A DNA stretch of 64,000 bases from Clostridia bacterium (GTDB lineage: Bacteria; Bacillota; Clostridia; Christensenellales; UBA1242), in NCBI GenBank assembly GCA_041670165.1, contig JBAXZR010000001.1, forward strand, positions 52,930 through 116,929. The letters run 5' to 3'. Positions 1 to 10,373 of the stretch are shown here, one piece after another. The notes under the pieces were generated by a model. The model made no database searches, was not told where the DNA came from, and worked only from the letters and a program-made list of their open reading frames with translations. Position 1 is the stretch's first letter. Every line of letters begins with the position of its first letter. The translations under genes were made by a program, and so were the position numbers.

Positions 1-2
1 TA

Positions 3-2345
3 ATTATATTTCTTTCGTATGAAGGTGGTTTGGGTGAATTTTTAATTCTATCGTATACTCAAGGCTTCACCGCTGGTGGAATTTTAATTTCGCTTGTTAT
101 TGCTCCTTTTAAATTTTTGTTAAACAATGCAACTGCAATTGTGTTTTTTGTTGTTTCATTAATTGTTTTTGTTTCACTTATTATTGATTATTTTTACTAT
201 GCTAAAAATATTTATGTTAAAACACAAAGTTCAGTGGTTATTTTGAAAGAGAAAAAAGATGAACCTTTTGAACTAAAAAATATCACTGTTCAAAAAGAAA
301 ATATAAAACCAAGTAGCATAACTCTTGAAGCTAAACTCGAAAACGAAAAGAAAAATGGTGCAAAAATCAAGCTTGGATTGGAAAAAAGAGTAACTAATGA
401 AAAAAGTTCAAACATCAATCTTCCACCGCCACCAATTTTTGAAAGAATAAAAGATGTCAAATTAAATCAAACTGAAACTCAAGCTTTGCCAGTTGAAAAG
501 CCAATTAGTAGAAGAGAATATATTTTGTCTAGACCTCAAACAATTGAACTTAGTCCAAGAATTTCTCCTGTTCCAAAAAAAGTTATTGAAGAAAATGTTT
601 CTGAGCTTAAAACAAATCAAGAAAATCAAATTAAACCTTCAAAGATTTTTCATGAAGAAATTGCTTCTAATTACTTCAAAATAAACAGTGATGAAGAGAA
701 AGAGCATAGCTACATTGCTCCATTTATTGCAAAAAATATTGAAGATGAAAAGCCAATCGTTATGCCAGAAAAAAACATTTTGAACAAGCTGGACAATTTA
801 TCTGGTTCAAACTTTTCTAATAGCTTTGAACAAAATAATATCGTTCAAGAAAAAATGCTTTTTGAAAATGAACTTGAAACTAAAAGACAACAAGAAAAAG
901 CTTATATTGCGCCACCTCTTGATTTAATCACAACAGTTTCAACAAAGCCGTCCTTTGATTCAGAACAAATCATTGCAAAACGCATTCAACTTGAAAATGC
1001 TTTAGAAATGTTTAAAGTTCCAGCCAAAGTTATTGGTGTTATTGTTGGACCTGCGGTAACAAGATTTGAACTTGAAATGCCAGCAGGAATTAGTGTTAAA
1101 AAACTTATAGCTCATGCTGATGATATTGCTCTTGTTCTTGCGGCAAATGGTGGAATAAGAATTGAAGCACCAATTCCCGGAAGGAGTGCAGTTGGTGTTG
1201 AAGTTCCAAATGACAAAATTTCAATGGTTAGTCTAAGAGATATTTTGTCTTCTCAAGAATTTATTTCAAGTAAATCTCCTTTAACTTTTGCCTTAGGAAA
1301 AGATATCAATGGCAATGCTAAGATTTGTGATCTTGCAAAAATGCCACATCTTTTGATTGCGGGAGCAACAAATTCAGGTAAAAGTGTTTGTTTAAATTCT
1401 GTTATTATAAGCCTTATTTACAAAAGCTCTCCAGAAGATTTGAAACTTATTCTTGTTGATCCAAAACGGGTTGAGTTTACAATGTACAATGAACTTCCAC
1501 ACTTACTTCTTCAAAATGTTATAACTGAAACTTCAAAAGCCTTGAATGCACTTAATTGGGCAATCAATGAAATGGAAAGAAGATATGGTTTGTTTCAAAT
1601 TTTGAAAGTTAGAAATTTGGGTGAATATAACTTAAATGAGAAGGTTATTGCAGGCGAAGAAGAAAAATTGCCACTTATTGTAATTATCATCGATGAGCTT
1701 GCAGACCTTATGTCAACAAACAAAAAAGAATTTGAAGAAAAAATTATGAGACTTGCTCAAAAAGCTCGTGCAAGTGGTATTCATCTAATTTTGGCAACAC
1801 AAAGACCATCAGTTGATGTTATTACTGGCACAATCAAAGCAAATCTTACTTCAAGAATTTCTTTTGCGGTTACAAGCTATCAAGATTCAAAAACAATTTT
1901 GGATCAGGCAGGTGCAGAAAAATTGCTTGGAAAAGGTGATATGCTTTTTGCTCCAAGTGATCAGGCTGACCCAAAAAGAATTCAAGGTTGCTTCATTTCT
2001 GGAAAAGAAGTTGAAAATATTGTTGATTATATCATTGCAAACAATGCTCCTTCTTTCAGTGAAGAAGTTGAAAATAGTATATCAAATTCTCATTATGGTG
2101 AAGACCTTAATTCTAGTAGTGCATTCGATGAACTTATGCCACAAGCACTTAAATATGTTATTGAATCAAATCAGGCAACAATATCAGTTCTTCAACGCAA
2201 GCTTGCCATCGGTTTTCCAAGGGCAGCAAGAATAATTGATCAAATGGAAGAAGCAAATTTCATTTCAGCTTCTGATGGTAGCAAACCAAGAACTGTGCAT
2301 ATAACAATGGAACAATTTTTAAAAATATTTGGAGATAAAGAATAA
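3..2345 (+). CDS. ftsK: DNA translocase FtsK/SpoIIIE, 5' end probably cut by the window edge
   Basis: The frame is open from nt 3, and the track ORF begins at a TTG at nt 30. Two N-terminal TM helices, a long linker, Walker A GATNSGKS, Walker B IIIDELADL, and a C-terminal gamma-like winged helix (ISVLQRKLAIGFPRAARIIDQME). Confidence 0.9.
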   Translation: MIFLSYEGGLGEFLILSYTQGFTAGGILISLVIAPFKFLLNNATAIVFFVVSLIVFVSLIIDYFYYAKNIYVKTQSSVVILKEKKDEPFELKNITVQKENIKPSSITLEAKLENEKKNGAKIKLGLEKRVTNEKSSNINLPPPPIFERIKDVKLNQTETQALPVEKPISRREYILSRPQTIELSPRISPVPKKVIEENVSELKTNQENQIKPSKIFHEEIASNYFKINSDEEKEHSYIAPFIAKNIEDEKPIVMPEKNILNKLDNLSGSNFSNSFEQNNIVQEKMLFENELETKRQQEKAYIAPPLDLITTVSTKPSFDSEQIIAKRIQLENALEMFKVPAKVIGVIVGPAVTRFELEMPAGISVKKLIAHADDIALVLAANGGIRIEAPIPGRSAVGVEVPNDKISMVSLRDILSSQEFISSKSPLTFALGKDINGNAKICDLAKMPHLLIAGATNSGKSVCLNSVIISLIYKSSPEDLKLILVDPKRVEFTMYNELPHLLLQNVITETSKALNALNWAINEMERRYGLFQILKVRNLGEYNLNEKVIAGEEEKLPLIVIIIDELADLMSTNKKEFEEKIMRLAQKARASGIHLILATQRPSVDVITGTIKANLTSRISFAVTSYQDSKTILDQAGAEKLLGKGDMLFAPSDQADPKRIQGCFISGKEVENIVDYIIANNAPSFSEEVENSISNSHYGEDLNSSSAFDELMPQALKYVIESNQATISVLQRKLAIGFPRAARIIDQMEEANFISASDGSKPRTVHITMEQFLKIFGDKE

Positions 2346-2349
2346 AATT

Positions 2350-3672
2350 ATGGATACAAAAGGTAAAAAAATTGGCGCAATTTCACTTGGCTGTGACAAA
2401 AATCGTGTTGACCTTGAAAAAATGCTTTTTCAGTTAAAAGAAAACGGATTTGAAATTGTTGCAAATGAAGAAGATGCAAATTTAATCATAATTAACACAT
2501 GCGCATTTATTGAGATTGCAAGAAAAGAAAGCATTCAAACAATTTTGGATATTTGTGCATTAAAGGATAAGGGATCACTTGAAAAAATCATTGTAACGGG
2601 TTGTTTGCCTCAAAAAAATTTTGAAGAAATGAAAACTGCAATTCCTGAAGTCGATGCATTTTTAAAAATTAAAGACAATGAACGAATTGTTGAAGAAGTT
2701 TGTAAATTATTGAGTATTGAAAATTACAAAATTAAGAAAAGTAAATCAAAACTGCAAAGAATTTTAACAACCGTTCCGTCATACGCATTTTTAAAAATTT
2801 CTGATGGTTGCAACAACTTCTGTTCTTATTGCACAATTCCAAGAATTAGAGGCAGATATACTTCTGTTCCAATGAATGAGCTTATTGATGAAGCAATTGA
2901 ATTGGCTAACAAAGGTGTTAAAGAGCTTGTGATAATTGCTCAAGATATAACAAGATACGGTTCAGATTTGCCAGAACAAACAACTTTAATTGAGCTTATT
3001 CACAGGCTCAGCAACATTGATGGAATTGAATGGATAAGACTTCATTATTGTTATCCAGAGAAAGTTGATGATGAACTTTTAAACGAAATTAAGAACAATC
3101 CAAAAGTATGTAAGTATATTGATGTTCCATTTCAACACATTGACGATGAAATTTTGAAAAGCATGAACAGAAGATCCAATGAAGAGCAAATTCGAACTCT
3201 TGTAAAAAAGATTAGAACTTCTTATCCAGAAATTGCCATAAGAACAACTTTTATTATTGGACTCCCAGGGGAAACAAGAAAAGCCTTTAAAAAACTTTGT
3301 GAATTTGTTAAGGAAAGTAGTTTTGAAATGGCTGGTTTCTTTGCTTATTCAAGAGAAGAGGGTACAAAAGCATATTACATGCCAAAACAAGTTAACAATT
3401 TCATCAAATATCTAAGACTTAAAAAAATTAATAAAATTCAAGCTACTTCACTTAACAAATTTATATCAAAAATTGTTGGACAAGAATACAAAGTTTTGGT
3501 AGACTCATTTGATGAAGAAAAAATGGAAGCAACTGGTAGAACAGAATTTTTTTCACCAGAAGTTGATTTTGTGATTAAATTTCCTTCAAAAAATATTTTG
3601 GTTTCTGGAGAATATGTTTTGGTTAAAATCACACAATATGATATGGATAACTTTAAAGGAGAAATCGTATGA
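2350..3672 (+). CDS. rimO: Ribosomal protein S12 methylthiotransferase RimO (MiaB-family radical SAM, with TRAM domain)
   Basis: N-terminal KIGAISLGCDKNRVD, radical-SAM motif CNNFCSYCTIPRIRG, C-terminal TRAM-like segment. The track ORF starts at TTG 2329, but ATG 2350 fits the family N-terminus. It sits in the rimO-pgsA-cinA-recA context. Confidence 0.85.
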   Translation: MDTKGKKIGAISLGCDKNRVDLEKMLFQLKENGFEIVANEEDANLIIINTCAFIEIARKESIQTILDICALKDKGSLEKIIVTGCLPQKNFEEMKTAIPEVDAFLKIKDNERIVEEVCKLLSIENYKIKKSKSKLQRILTTVPSYAFLKISDGCNNFCSYCTIPRIRGRYTSVPMNELIDEAIELANKGVKELVIIAQDITRYGSDLPEQTTLIELIHRLSNIDGIEWIRLHYCYPEKVDDELLNEIKNNPKVCKYIDVPFQHIDDEILKSMNRRSNEEQIRTLVKKIRTSYPEIAIRTTFIIGLPGETRKAFKKLCEFVKESSFEMAGFFAYSREEGTKAYYMPKQVNNFIKYLRLKKINKIQATSLNKFISKIVGQEYKVLVDSFDEEKMEATGRTEFFSPEVDFVIKFPSKNILVSGEYVLVKITQYDMDNFKGEIV

Positions 3673-4253
3673 AAATTAATCTTCCAACCAAATTGACACT
3701 TTTAAGAATCATTATTGTCCCACTTATTATTTTTAGTTATTTGGCAACATTTTTGCCATATGGAAAACTCATTGCCTTAATTCTTTTCATCATTGCAGCT
3801 TGCACAGACTTTATTGATGGATATTTGGCAAGAAAAAACAACCAAGTAACAACTCTTGGAAAATTTTTAGATCCAATTGCTGACAAACTTTTGGTTATTT
3901 CAACACTTCTTCTAGTTGTTGTTGACAAAAATGTAATTGCTCCTTATGGTGTGATTTTTGCAATTATCATTATTGGTAGAGATTTCTTTGTTAGTGGACT
4001 TAGATCAATGGCTGCAAAAAACAATGTTGTACTTGCTGCCGACAATTTGGGCAAATTTAAAACAATTGTTCAAGACATAGCTCTTCCAGCATATTTGCTT
4101 TTTTCATTTTTAAGATCTCTTGGTGGCGTTCCATCAAACATTCTTTTAATTTTGGAAATTGTTGCATTCACACTTTTGTCAATTGCAACTTTGCTCACAA
4201 TTGCTTCAGGTATAAACTACATTGCAAACAACTCAAAATTAATTAGAAATTAA
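3669..4253 (+). CDS. pgsA: CDP-diacylglycerol--glycerol-3-phosphate 3-phosphatidyltransferase
   Basis: CDP-alcohol phosphatidyltransferase motif DFIDGYLARK...G..LDPIADKLL, multiple TM helices, ATGA overlap with rimO. Confidence 0.9.
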   Translation: MKINLPTKLTLLRIIIVPLIIFSYLATFLPYGKLIALILFIIAACTDFIDGYLARKNNQVTTLGKFLDPIADKLLVISTLLLVVVDKNVIAPYGVIFAIIIIGRDFFVSGLRSMAAKNNVVLAADNLGKFKTIVQDIALPAYLLFSFLRSLGGVPSNILLILEIVAFTLLSIATLLTIASGINYIANNSKLIRN

Positions 4254-4273
4254 CAAAAAAGGTTTCTACAAAA

Positions 4274-5515
4274 GTGAAAGCAAAAATTTTTTGTATTAGT
4301 GACAATGTCCTGCTTGGGAAAAAGCAAGCTTCAATGGTTGCTGCTCTTGCAAAAGAACTGTTTCTTGCTGGAATTTTTATTGAATCTTCAATGCTTTTGC
4401 CTTGCAATGAATTGCTAATTGAAAAAACTATTGCACCAGTTTTAGTTGAAAACTCTTCAATTTTTATTGTTTCAAGTGGTGAGGGGCAAGGAAAAGAATT
4501 TTTAACAAATATTCTTTCAAAACTTTCAAATGATACGATAAGTGAAAACAGCTTTGCCAAAGAAGCTGTTTTGTCATATTTCAATAAAAACAATTTGGTA
4601 GCAACAAAAGATAGTGAAAAAGAATTTGTTTTTCCAACTAAAGCTAGGGCAATTGTTAATAGTTTTGGACTTTCCCAAGGCTATATTACAAAAGTTGGAA
4701 ATTCTAATATATTTGTTTTGCCATTTCCAAAACAAGAACTTGTGTTTGTTATGAAAGAAGCTGTTATACCTTACATTTTTGAAACAATGGGTCAAAAAAC
4801 AAAAACACTTGTTTTAAAAACTTTTGGAATTTCTGCTGTGGATCTTTCTTTTGTTTTGCGAGAAGAAATTAGAAACAAAGACAAGGTTTCAATTAGTTTA
4901 TTTGAAAATGGTCCGCTTGTTGATATTGCCATTAAAGCAAAAATGGAAAATGCCTTTATTGATTCACTTGCTCAAACAATTTTTGAAAAAATTGGTAAAT
5001 ATGTGTATGCAGAAGAAGATATTTCTCTTGCTGAGGCTTGCTTCAAACTTTTAAAACAATCACATCAAACTGTTGCAATTGCTGAATCCATTTCTGGTGG
5101 TGAAATTGTTTCAAGTCTGATAAAAAATAATGTTGGTGCTACTTCAGTTGTTTTGGAAGGAATTGTTTCATACACAAATGAATCAAAAATAGATTTGCTT
5201 GGAGTAAGTCCCGACACTCTTAAAGAGCATAATGCTGTAAGCAGTGAAGTTGTTTACGAAATGGCAACGGGTATGCTTGCAAGAGCAAATAGTGATTTTG
5301 TGATTGCAACAACAGGTTATGCTAACCATGAAAATAATGATTTATGTGGGCTTTGCTATATAGCTGTTGGAAACAAACAAGAGATTCATATTTACAAAAA
5401 TAAATTTGTTGGAACAAGAGAAGAAAATATTGAAGCTACAACAGCTTGTGCACTATTTTTTTTAATTAAAAAACTTAGGAAAAACGATTTTCATTTTGAG
5501 AAAACTGTTGTATAA
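4274..5515 (+). CDS. cinA: Competence/damage-inducible protein CinA (MoCF-like N domain plus CinA/PncC-like C domain)
   Basis: GTG start. C-terminal IAIAESISGG...ATTGYA pattern typical of the CinA C domain. Lies immediately upstream of recA. Confidence 0.85.
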   Translation: MKAKIFCISDNVLLGKKQASMVAALAKELFLAGIFIESSMLLPCNELLIEKTIAPVLVENSSIFIVSSGEGQGKEFLTNILSKLSNDTISENSFAKEAVLSYFNKNNLVATKDSEKEFVFPTKARAIVNSFGLSQGYITKVGNSNIFVLPFPKQELVFVMKEAVIPYIFETMGQKTKTLVLKTFGISAVDLSFVLREEIRNKDKVSISLFENGPLVDIAIKAKMENAFIDSLAQTIFEKIGKYVYAEEDISLAEACFKLLKQSHQTVAIAESISGGEIVSSLIKNNVGATSVVLEGIVSYTNESKIDLLGVSPDTLKEHNAVSSEVVYEMATGMLARANSDFVIATTGYANHENNDLCGLCYIAVGNKQEIHIYKNKFVGTREENIEATTACALFFLIKKLRKNDFHFEKTVV

Positions 5516-5539
5516 TATTGTTACAAAGGAAGGAGATTT

Positions 5540-6547
5540 ATGGAAGGAAAAGGAAAGCTATTAGAACAAGCAATTTTGCAAATTGAGAAGCAATTTGGAA
5601 AAGGTGCAATTATGAAACTTGGTGATCAACCAATTCAAGATATTGATGTTATTCCAACTGGTTGTTTAACACTTGATGCCGCTCTTGGAGTTGGCGGAAT
5701 TCCAAGAGGTAGAATTGTTGAAATATATGGACCAGAAAGCTCAGGAAAAACAACTGTTGCTCTTCACATCATTGCAGAAGCGCAAAAACTTGGTGGAACT
5801 GCTGCATTTATTGATGCTGAACATGCACTTGATCCATTTTATGCTCAAAGACTTGGAGTTGATTTAAACAATTTGTTTGTTTCTCAACCTGATAATGGCG
5901 AGCAAGGTCTTGAAATTGTTGAAACACTTGTTAAATCTGGTGAAGTAGATATTATTGTTGTTGACTCTGTTGCAGCTCTCACACCAAAGGCTGAAATTGA
6001 TGGTGAAATGGGTGATAGCCACATGGGTTTACAAGCAAGACTTATGAGTCAAGCACTTAGAAAACTCGCTGGAATTTCAAGCAAAAGCAAAACTAGTATC
6101 ATTTTCATAAATCAACTTCGTGAAAAAGTTGGAGTTATGTTTGGATCTCCAGAAACAACAACAGGTGGAAAAGCTTTAAAATTCTATGCAAGCATTCGTC
6201 TTGATGTTCGCAAAACAGACACAATCAAAGATGGCACAGACATCATTGGAAACAGAACAAAAGTTAAAGTTGTTAAAAACAAACTTGCACCTCCTTTCCG
6301 TATTGCTGAATTTGATATTGTGTATGGAAAAGGTATTTCTCAAGTTGGTTGTTTGCTTGACTTGGCACTTCAGTTTGATATAATTCAAAAAATGGGTGCG
6401 TGGTTTAGTTACAATGACAACAAAATTGGTCAAGGTAAGGAAAATGCAAAAGCTTACATTGAACAAAATAAAGAACTTTTTGCTGAAATTGAAAAGAAAG
6501 TTCGTACACAATTAAAAAATGCCAAATTTGAAACAGCAAATGACTAA
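5540..6547 (+). CDS. recA: Recombinase RecA
   Basis: GPESSGKTT Walker [32 protein letters not shown]; SD AAGGAGA upstream. Confidence 0.97.
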   Translation: MEGKGKLLEQAILQIEKQFGKGAIMKLGDQPIQDIDVIPTGCLTLDAALGVGGIPRGRIVEIYGPESSGKTTVALHIIAEAQKLGGTAAFIDAEHALDPFYAQRLGVDLNNLFVSQPDNGEQGLEIVETLVKSGEVDIIVVDSVAALTPKAEIDGEMGDSHMGLQARLMSQALRKLAGISSKSKTSIIFINQLREKVGVMFGSPETTTGGKALKFYASIRLDVRKTDTIKDGTDIIGNRTKVKVVKNKLAPPFRIAEFDIVYGKGISQVGCLLDLALQFDIIQKMGAWFSYNDNKIGQGKENAKAYIEQNKELFAEIEKKVRTQLKNAKFETAND

Positions 6548-6593
6548 AAAATTAAATTTATTAAGATTTAATTTAATTGTTTTCAAATAAATT

Positions 6594-6625
6594 AAAAACA
6601 GCAAAATTATTTTGCTGTTTTTTTA
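6594..6625. terminator. Bidirectional rho-independent terminator between the convergent recA and PBP genes
   Basis: ACAGCAAAA (6598-6606) pairs with TTTTGCTGT (6610-6618), flanked by an A-run and a T-run. Confidence 0.7.
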
Positions 6626-6635
6626 AATTTTTTTT

Positions 6636-8930
6636 TTATAAAAACCATTTTTTCTTTTGAGTGTTGCTTGAATCATTCTTTATAATATCGTTTGTACTTG
6701 TTTTGATAAGACTTACTTTGTTGCTTTTTGCAGACAATGATTTTGTGTCATCAATCTGATTTTTAAGTTTTGAAACAAGGTAGAAAGAAACAATTTCGCC
6801 ATTTTTAATTGCAGTTTCAAAGCTTACTTTGCCTGTTCTATTTTCAAATTTGGCAAGAGAAATGCCATCATCTTTTAGTTCTCTAAACAATTCATATTCA
6901 AAAATTTTGTCAGAATCAAATTCCAAAATTGCTTTGTTGCCTTCAATTTTTCCTTGAAGCACAACAGGATCAATTTTTGTAAATCTTTCTGAAACCGACT
7001 TTGGCAAATTTAAAACGGAGAAAAGCTCAGTCTTTGTATATCTTTCTGGTGTGAAATCATTTGCAAGCATAATGCAGTGATTTTCTTCTAGTTCAGCCAA
7101 ATCGATTTTTGCTTCAACAACACTGCTTGGCATTTCAAAGCTATCAGGTTCATCTTTTGAATATATTTTGTCAAAATATGTATAGATTGCACTTGCTGGC
7201 TGTCTTCCACCAGTGAAATAATTGTCCATAGGTTGATTGTTTAAAAATCCAATCCAAACCGCAACAGTATCTTTTGTTGTGTATGCAACACAGTTTGCAT
7301 CTAAGTTTTGTTTTCCGTCGATTGTTCCCACCGTTCCTGTTTTTGCTGAAACATCATATGGCAAAGTGCCAAGTTTTTTTGCTGTTGTGTTTTTGTATTT
7401 TGTGTTTAGCATCGAAGTTAAAAGGTATGCTGTGTCGTTTCTAATAATTTCTTTATTAAATTTATATTTTTCATATATAATTTTTCCATTTTCGTCTTCA
7501 ATTTTTCTTATAAAACTTGCTTTATAAAATTGTCCGCTATTTGAAAATGGGACATAAGAATTAGCAAGTTCAAGAATTGTTGTGCCTTTTGTGAAACCGC
7601 CAAGAGCCAGTGCATAGCCTGTGTCTTTTTGCTCAAATGGAATACCAAGCTCGCTAGCATAATTAATGCAATTATCAATACCAACATAACTCATAATTTT
7701 TACTGCAGGTACATTTAAAGATTTTGAAATTGCATCTTTTGCTGAAACAAATCCTTCATATGTTTTTGTGATATTTTTTGGGGAATATCCACTAAAAGAT
7801 ATTTCTTCATCTAGAATTTGTGAAGATGGTGAAATTATGTTTTGATTAAGTGCAGGTGCATAAATTAGCACTGGTTTGATTGCTGAACCGGGTTGGCGTC
7901 TTACCCCTGAGATTGGCAATGAATAGCTAGAATAATAAGCGGAAACTCCGCCAGTTTCATTATTAATAGAAATTCCACAATAATCAGTTTTTGTATTTTC
8001 TTTTTCTAGTGCATTTACAAGTGCTTCTTGTTTGTCTTTTTCATAATAGGTATAAATTTTGTATTTATAAGACGCAATTTGCTTTTGTGAAAGTCCAAGA
8101 ATATCTTCAGCTTCAGAAATTGCTTCTCTTGTGTATGTGTTGAAATCGTCTTCTTTTTGTGAAATATTAAGTATAATTGGCTTTTGTAACTCGTTTTTTG
8201 TCGTTTCCAACGAAATTATTCCATCTTTTTCCATTTGCTTAAGAACAAGGTTTCTTCTTTTAAGTGCTGCTTCTGGTTTTGAGATGGGTGAGTAGTGCCC
8301 TGGGGCTTTAATTAAACCAGCAAGCAAAGATGCCTGTGAAAGATTGAGTTCTTGTGGAGTGCAAGAAAAATAATATTTACTAGCTTCTGCCAAGCCATAG
8401 CAACCACCGCCAAAATATATGTCATTGAGATAAGCTTCAAAAATTTTTTCTTTTGATATTTTCTTTTCCATTTCTAATGCTAGCTTGATTTCTTTTATTT
8501 TTCTAATCAGAGTTTTTTCGTTTGTTAAATGTGTGTTTTTAATTAGTTGTTGACTTATCGTTGACGCACCTTGTCTTCTTTGACCTGATAAAATATTTTC
8601 TGACATTGCTTTGATTATTCTTTTAAAATTAATACCATTGTGATAATAAAAATTTTTGTCTTCAATAGAAATGAATGCTTGTTTAACAATTTCTGGAACT
8701 TCAGAAAGTTTTACGCCATTTGTTGGGTGGTTTTCATTCATGATAGCTTTGTCTTCAAGAGATAATAATGTTGCTGAAGCTGAAGAAGAATGAATTAATG
8801 ATTCATCAAAATGGGTTGAACTTGTTACACTGAAAGCATATAGGGTAAAAAAAGTTACACTAAAAAACATCATCGCCAACATAAGCAAGAATACATTTTT
8901 AACAATATGCTTAAATTTAGTTTTTCTCAT
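6636..8930 (-). CDS. Class A penicillin-binding protein (glycosyltransferase plus transpeptidase)
   Basis: N-terminal TM anchor, GT51 motifs (ISIEDKNFYYHNGINF, GASTISQQL), transpeptidase SxxK (GSAIKP) and KTGT. Confidence 0.9.
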   Translation of the reverse strand: MRKTKFKHIVKNVFLLMLAMMFFSVTFFTLYAFSVTSSTHFDESLIHSSSASATLLSLEDKAIMNENHPTNGVKLSEVPEIVKQAFISIEDKNFYYHNGINFKRIIKAMSENILSGQRRQGASTISQQLIKNTHLTNEKTLIRKIKEIKLALEMEKKISKEKIFEAYLNDIYFGGGCYGLAEASKYYFSCTPQELNLSQASLLAGLIKAPGHYSPISKPEAALKRRNLVLKQMEKDGIISLETTKNELQKPIILNISQKEDDFNTYTREAISEAEDILGLSQKQIASYKYKIYTYYEKDKQEALVNALEKENTKTDYCGISINNETGGVSAYYSSYSLPISGVRRQPGSAIKPVLIYAPALNQNIISPSSQILDEEISFSGYSPKNITKTYEGFVSAKDAISKSLNVPAVKIMSYVGIDNCINYASELGIPFEQKDTGYALALGGFTKGTTILELANSYVPFSNSGQFYKASFIRKIEDENGKIIYEKYKFNKEIIRNDTAYLLTSMLNTKYKNTTAKKLGTLPYDVSAKTGTVGTIDGKQNLDANCVAYTTKDTVAVWIGFLNNQPMDNYFTGGRQPASAIYTYFDKIYSKDEPDSFEMPSSVVEAKIDLAELEENHCIMLANDFTPERYTKTELFSVLNLPKSVSERFTKIDPVVLQGKIEGNKAILEFDSDKIFEYELFRELKDDGISLAKFENRTGKVSFETAIKNGEIVSFYLVSKLKNQIDDTKSLSAKSNKVSLIKTSTNDIIKNDSSNTQKKKWFL

Positions 8931-8983
8931 AATGTTATTATGGTTTTATCGCTTAATAATATTAGTAATTTAAGAAAAAAAGA

Positions 8984-9012
8984 TTGCACGATAACACAAT
9001 AAATTGTATAAT
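8984..9012 (+). promoter_or_regulatory. SigA-type promoter abutting the miaB start codon
   Basis: TTGCAC (8984-8989), 17-nt spacer, TATAAT (9007-9012). Only 6 nt (gcataa) separate the -10 from ATG 9019, and there is no SD. Confidence 0.5.
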
Positions 9013-9018
9013 GCATAA

Positions 9019-10164
9019 ATGAAAAAATATTATATAACAACATATGGTTGTCAAATGAATGTACACGAAAGTGAAAAACTTGCTGGCATGCTTGAAAGCA
9101 TGGGTTTTTTAAGTGCAAATTCAGTTGAAGAAGCTGATATTGTTGTTTTTAACACATGTGCAATTCGTGAAGGTGCAGAAAATAGGGCATTTGGAAACAT
9201 TGGTGCTTTGAAACCTTTAAAAAAAATTAAAAAAGATATGATTGTCGCAGTATGTGGTTGTATGACACAACAAGAAGAAGTTGCAAAACACATTTACTCC
9301 ACTTTTAGATTTGTTGATATTGTTTTTGGAACTCATAATCTTCATGAATTTAGAGAATTCTTGAAAAAACGGGAAGAAACTTCTAAAAGACAACTTGAAA
9401 TTTCTCATGATGAAAACAGCATAGCTGAACAAGTCCCAGTAACTCGAACAAGTGGAAAAAATGCTTGGGTAAATATTTCATATGGTTGCAACAATTTTTG
9501 TTCTTATTGCATTGTTCCATATGTTAGGGGAAGAGAAAGATCACGCCAAAAAGAAAAAATACTTAATGAAATTAGCGAACTTGTTAAATCTAATAAATAT
9601 GAAACAATTACACTGCTTGGTCAAAATGTAAACTCATATGGAAATGACATCGGCAATGGTTATGGTTTTAAGGAACTCCTTGAAGATGTTTGTGAAATTG
9701 AAGGTGATTTCAAAATTGCTTTTATGTCTTCTCACCCAAAAGATTTTTCTTTTGAACTTATTGATTTGATTGCTAGTAATGATAAAATTCTTAAAGAAAT
9801 TCACTTGCCTTGTCAATCTGGTTCAAACGAAGTTTTAAAAAATATGAATCGAAGATATACAAGAGAAAAATATTTGTCAATAATCAATGAAATTCGAAGA
9901 AAAATCCCTTTTTGCAGGTTAACAAGTGATTTTATTGTAGGATTTCCAGGAGAAACGGAACAAGATTTTGAAGACACAATGAATCTATTAAAAGAAGTAA
10001 AATATAATAGCATTTTTGCATTTATGTATTCAAAACGAAGTGGAACAGTGGCAGAAAAAATGGAAAATCAAGTTCCTGAAGAAATTAAAAACGAAAGAGT
10101 AAACAAATTGCTTGCTTTGCAAAAACAAATTCAAGAAGAAAAACTATCAAACGGAAAAAGTTAA
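9019..10164 (+). CDS. miaB: tRNA (i6A37) methylthiotransferase MiaB, lacking the C-terminal TRAM domain
   Basis: KKYYITTYGCQMNVHESE N-terminus, radical-SAM CNNFCSYCIVPYVRG. Only 381 aa: it ends at ...LALQKQIQEEKLSNGKS, where the TRAM domain normally begins. Confidence 0.85.
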   Translation: MKKYYITTYGCQMNVHESEKLAGMLESMGFLSANSVEEADIVVFNTCAIREGAENRAFGNIGALKPLKKIKKDMIVAVCGCMTQQEEVAKHIYSTFRFVDIVFGTHNLHEFREFLKKREETSKRQLEISHDENSIAEQVPVTRTSGKNAWVNISYGCNNFCSYCIVPYVRGRERSRQKEKILNEISELVKSNKYETITLLGQNVNSYGNDIGNGYGFKELLEDVCEIEGDFKIAFMSSHPKDFSFELIDLIASNDKILKEIHLPCQSGSNEVLKNMNRRYTREKYLSIINEIRRKIPFCRLTSDFIVGFPGETEQDFEDTMNLLKEVKYNSIFAFMYSKRSGTVAEKMENQVPEEIKNERVNKLLALQKQIQEEKLSNGKS

Positions 10165-10373
10165 TAAATTCAATAACAAAGACTGAAAATAATTTACTTA
10201 TAAATAGAAAAAATGTATTTATAAAAAACAATTTACTCATTAGAAAAAATTGATTTAAAACAAATAAACAAATTATAATTTTTATTTAAAATATTAATTT
10301 ACTAGAAATATTAAGAAAAATAAGTACGAAAAACAAAATAGATAAAAATCAAATCTTTTTGATAGGAGAAAAA

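Noticed and set aside
5400-5540. An SOS box in front of recA.
   Set aside because: A plausible promoter exists (TATAAT at 5510-5515, overlapping the cinA stop), but I found no GAAC-N4-GTTC or AAAC-N4-GTTT palindrome by eye.
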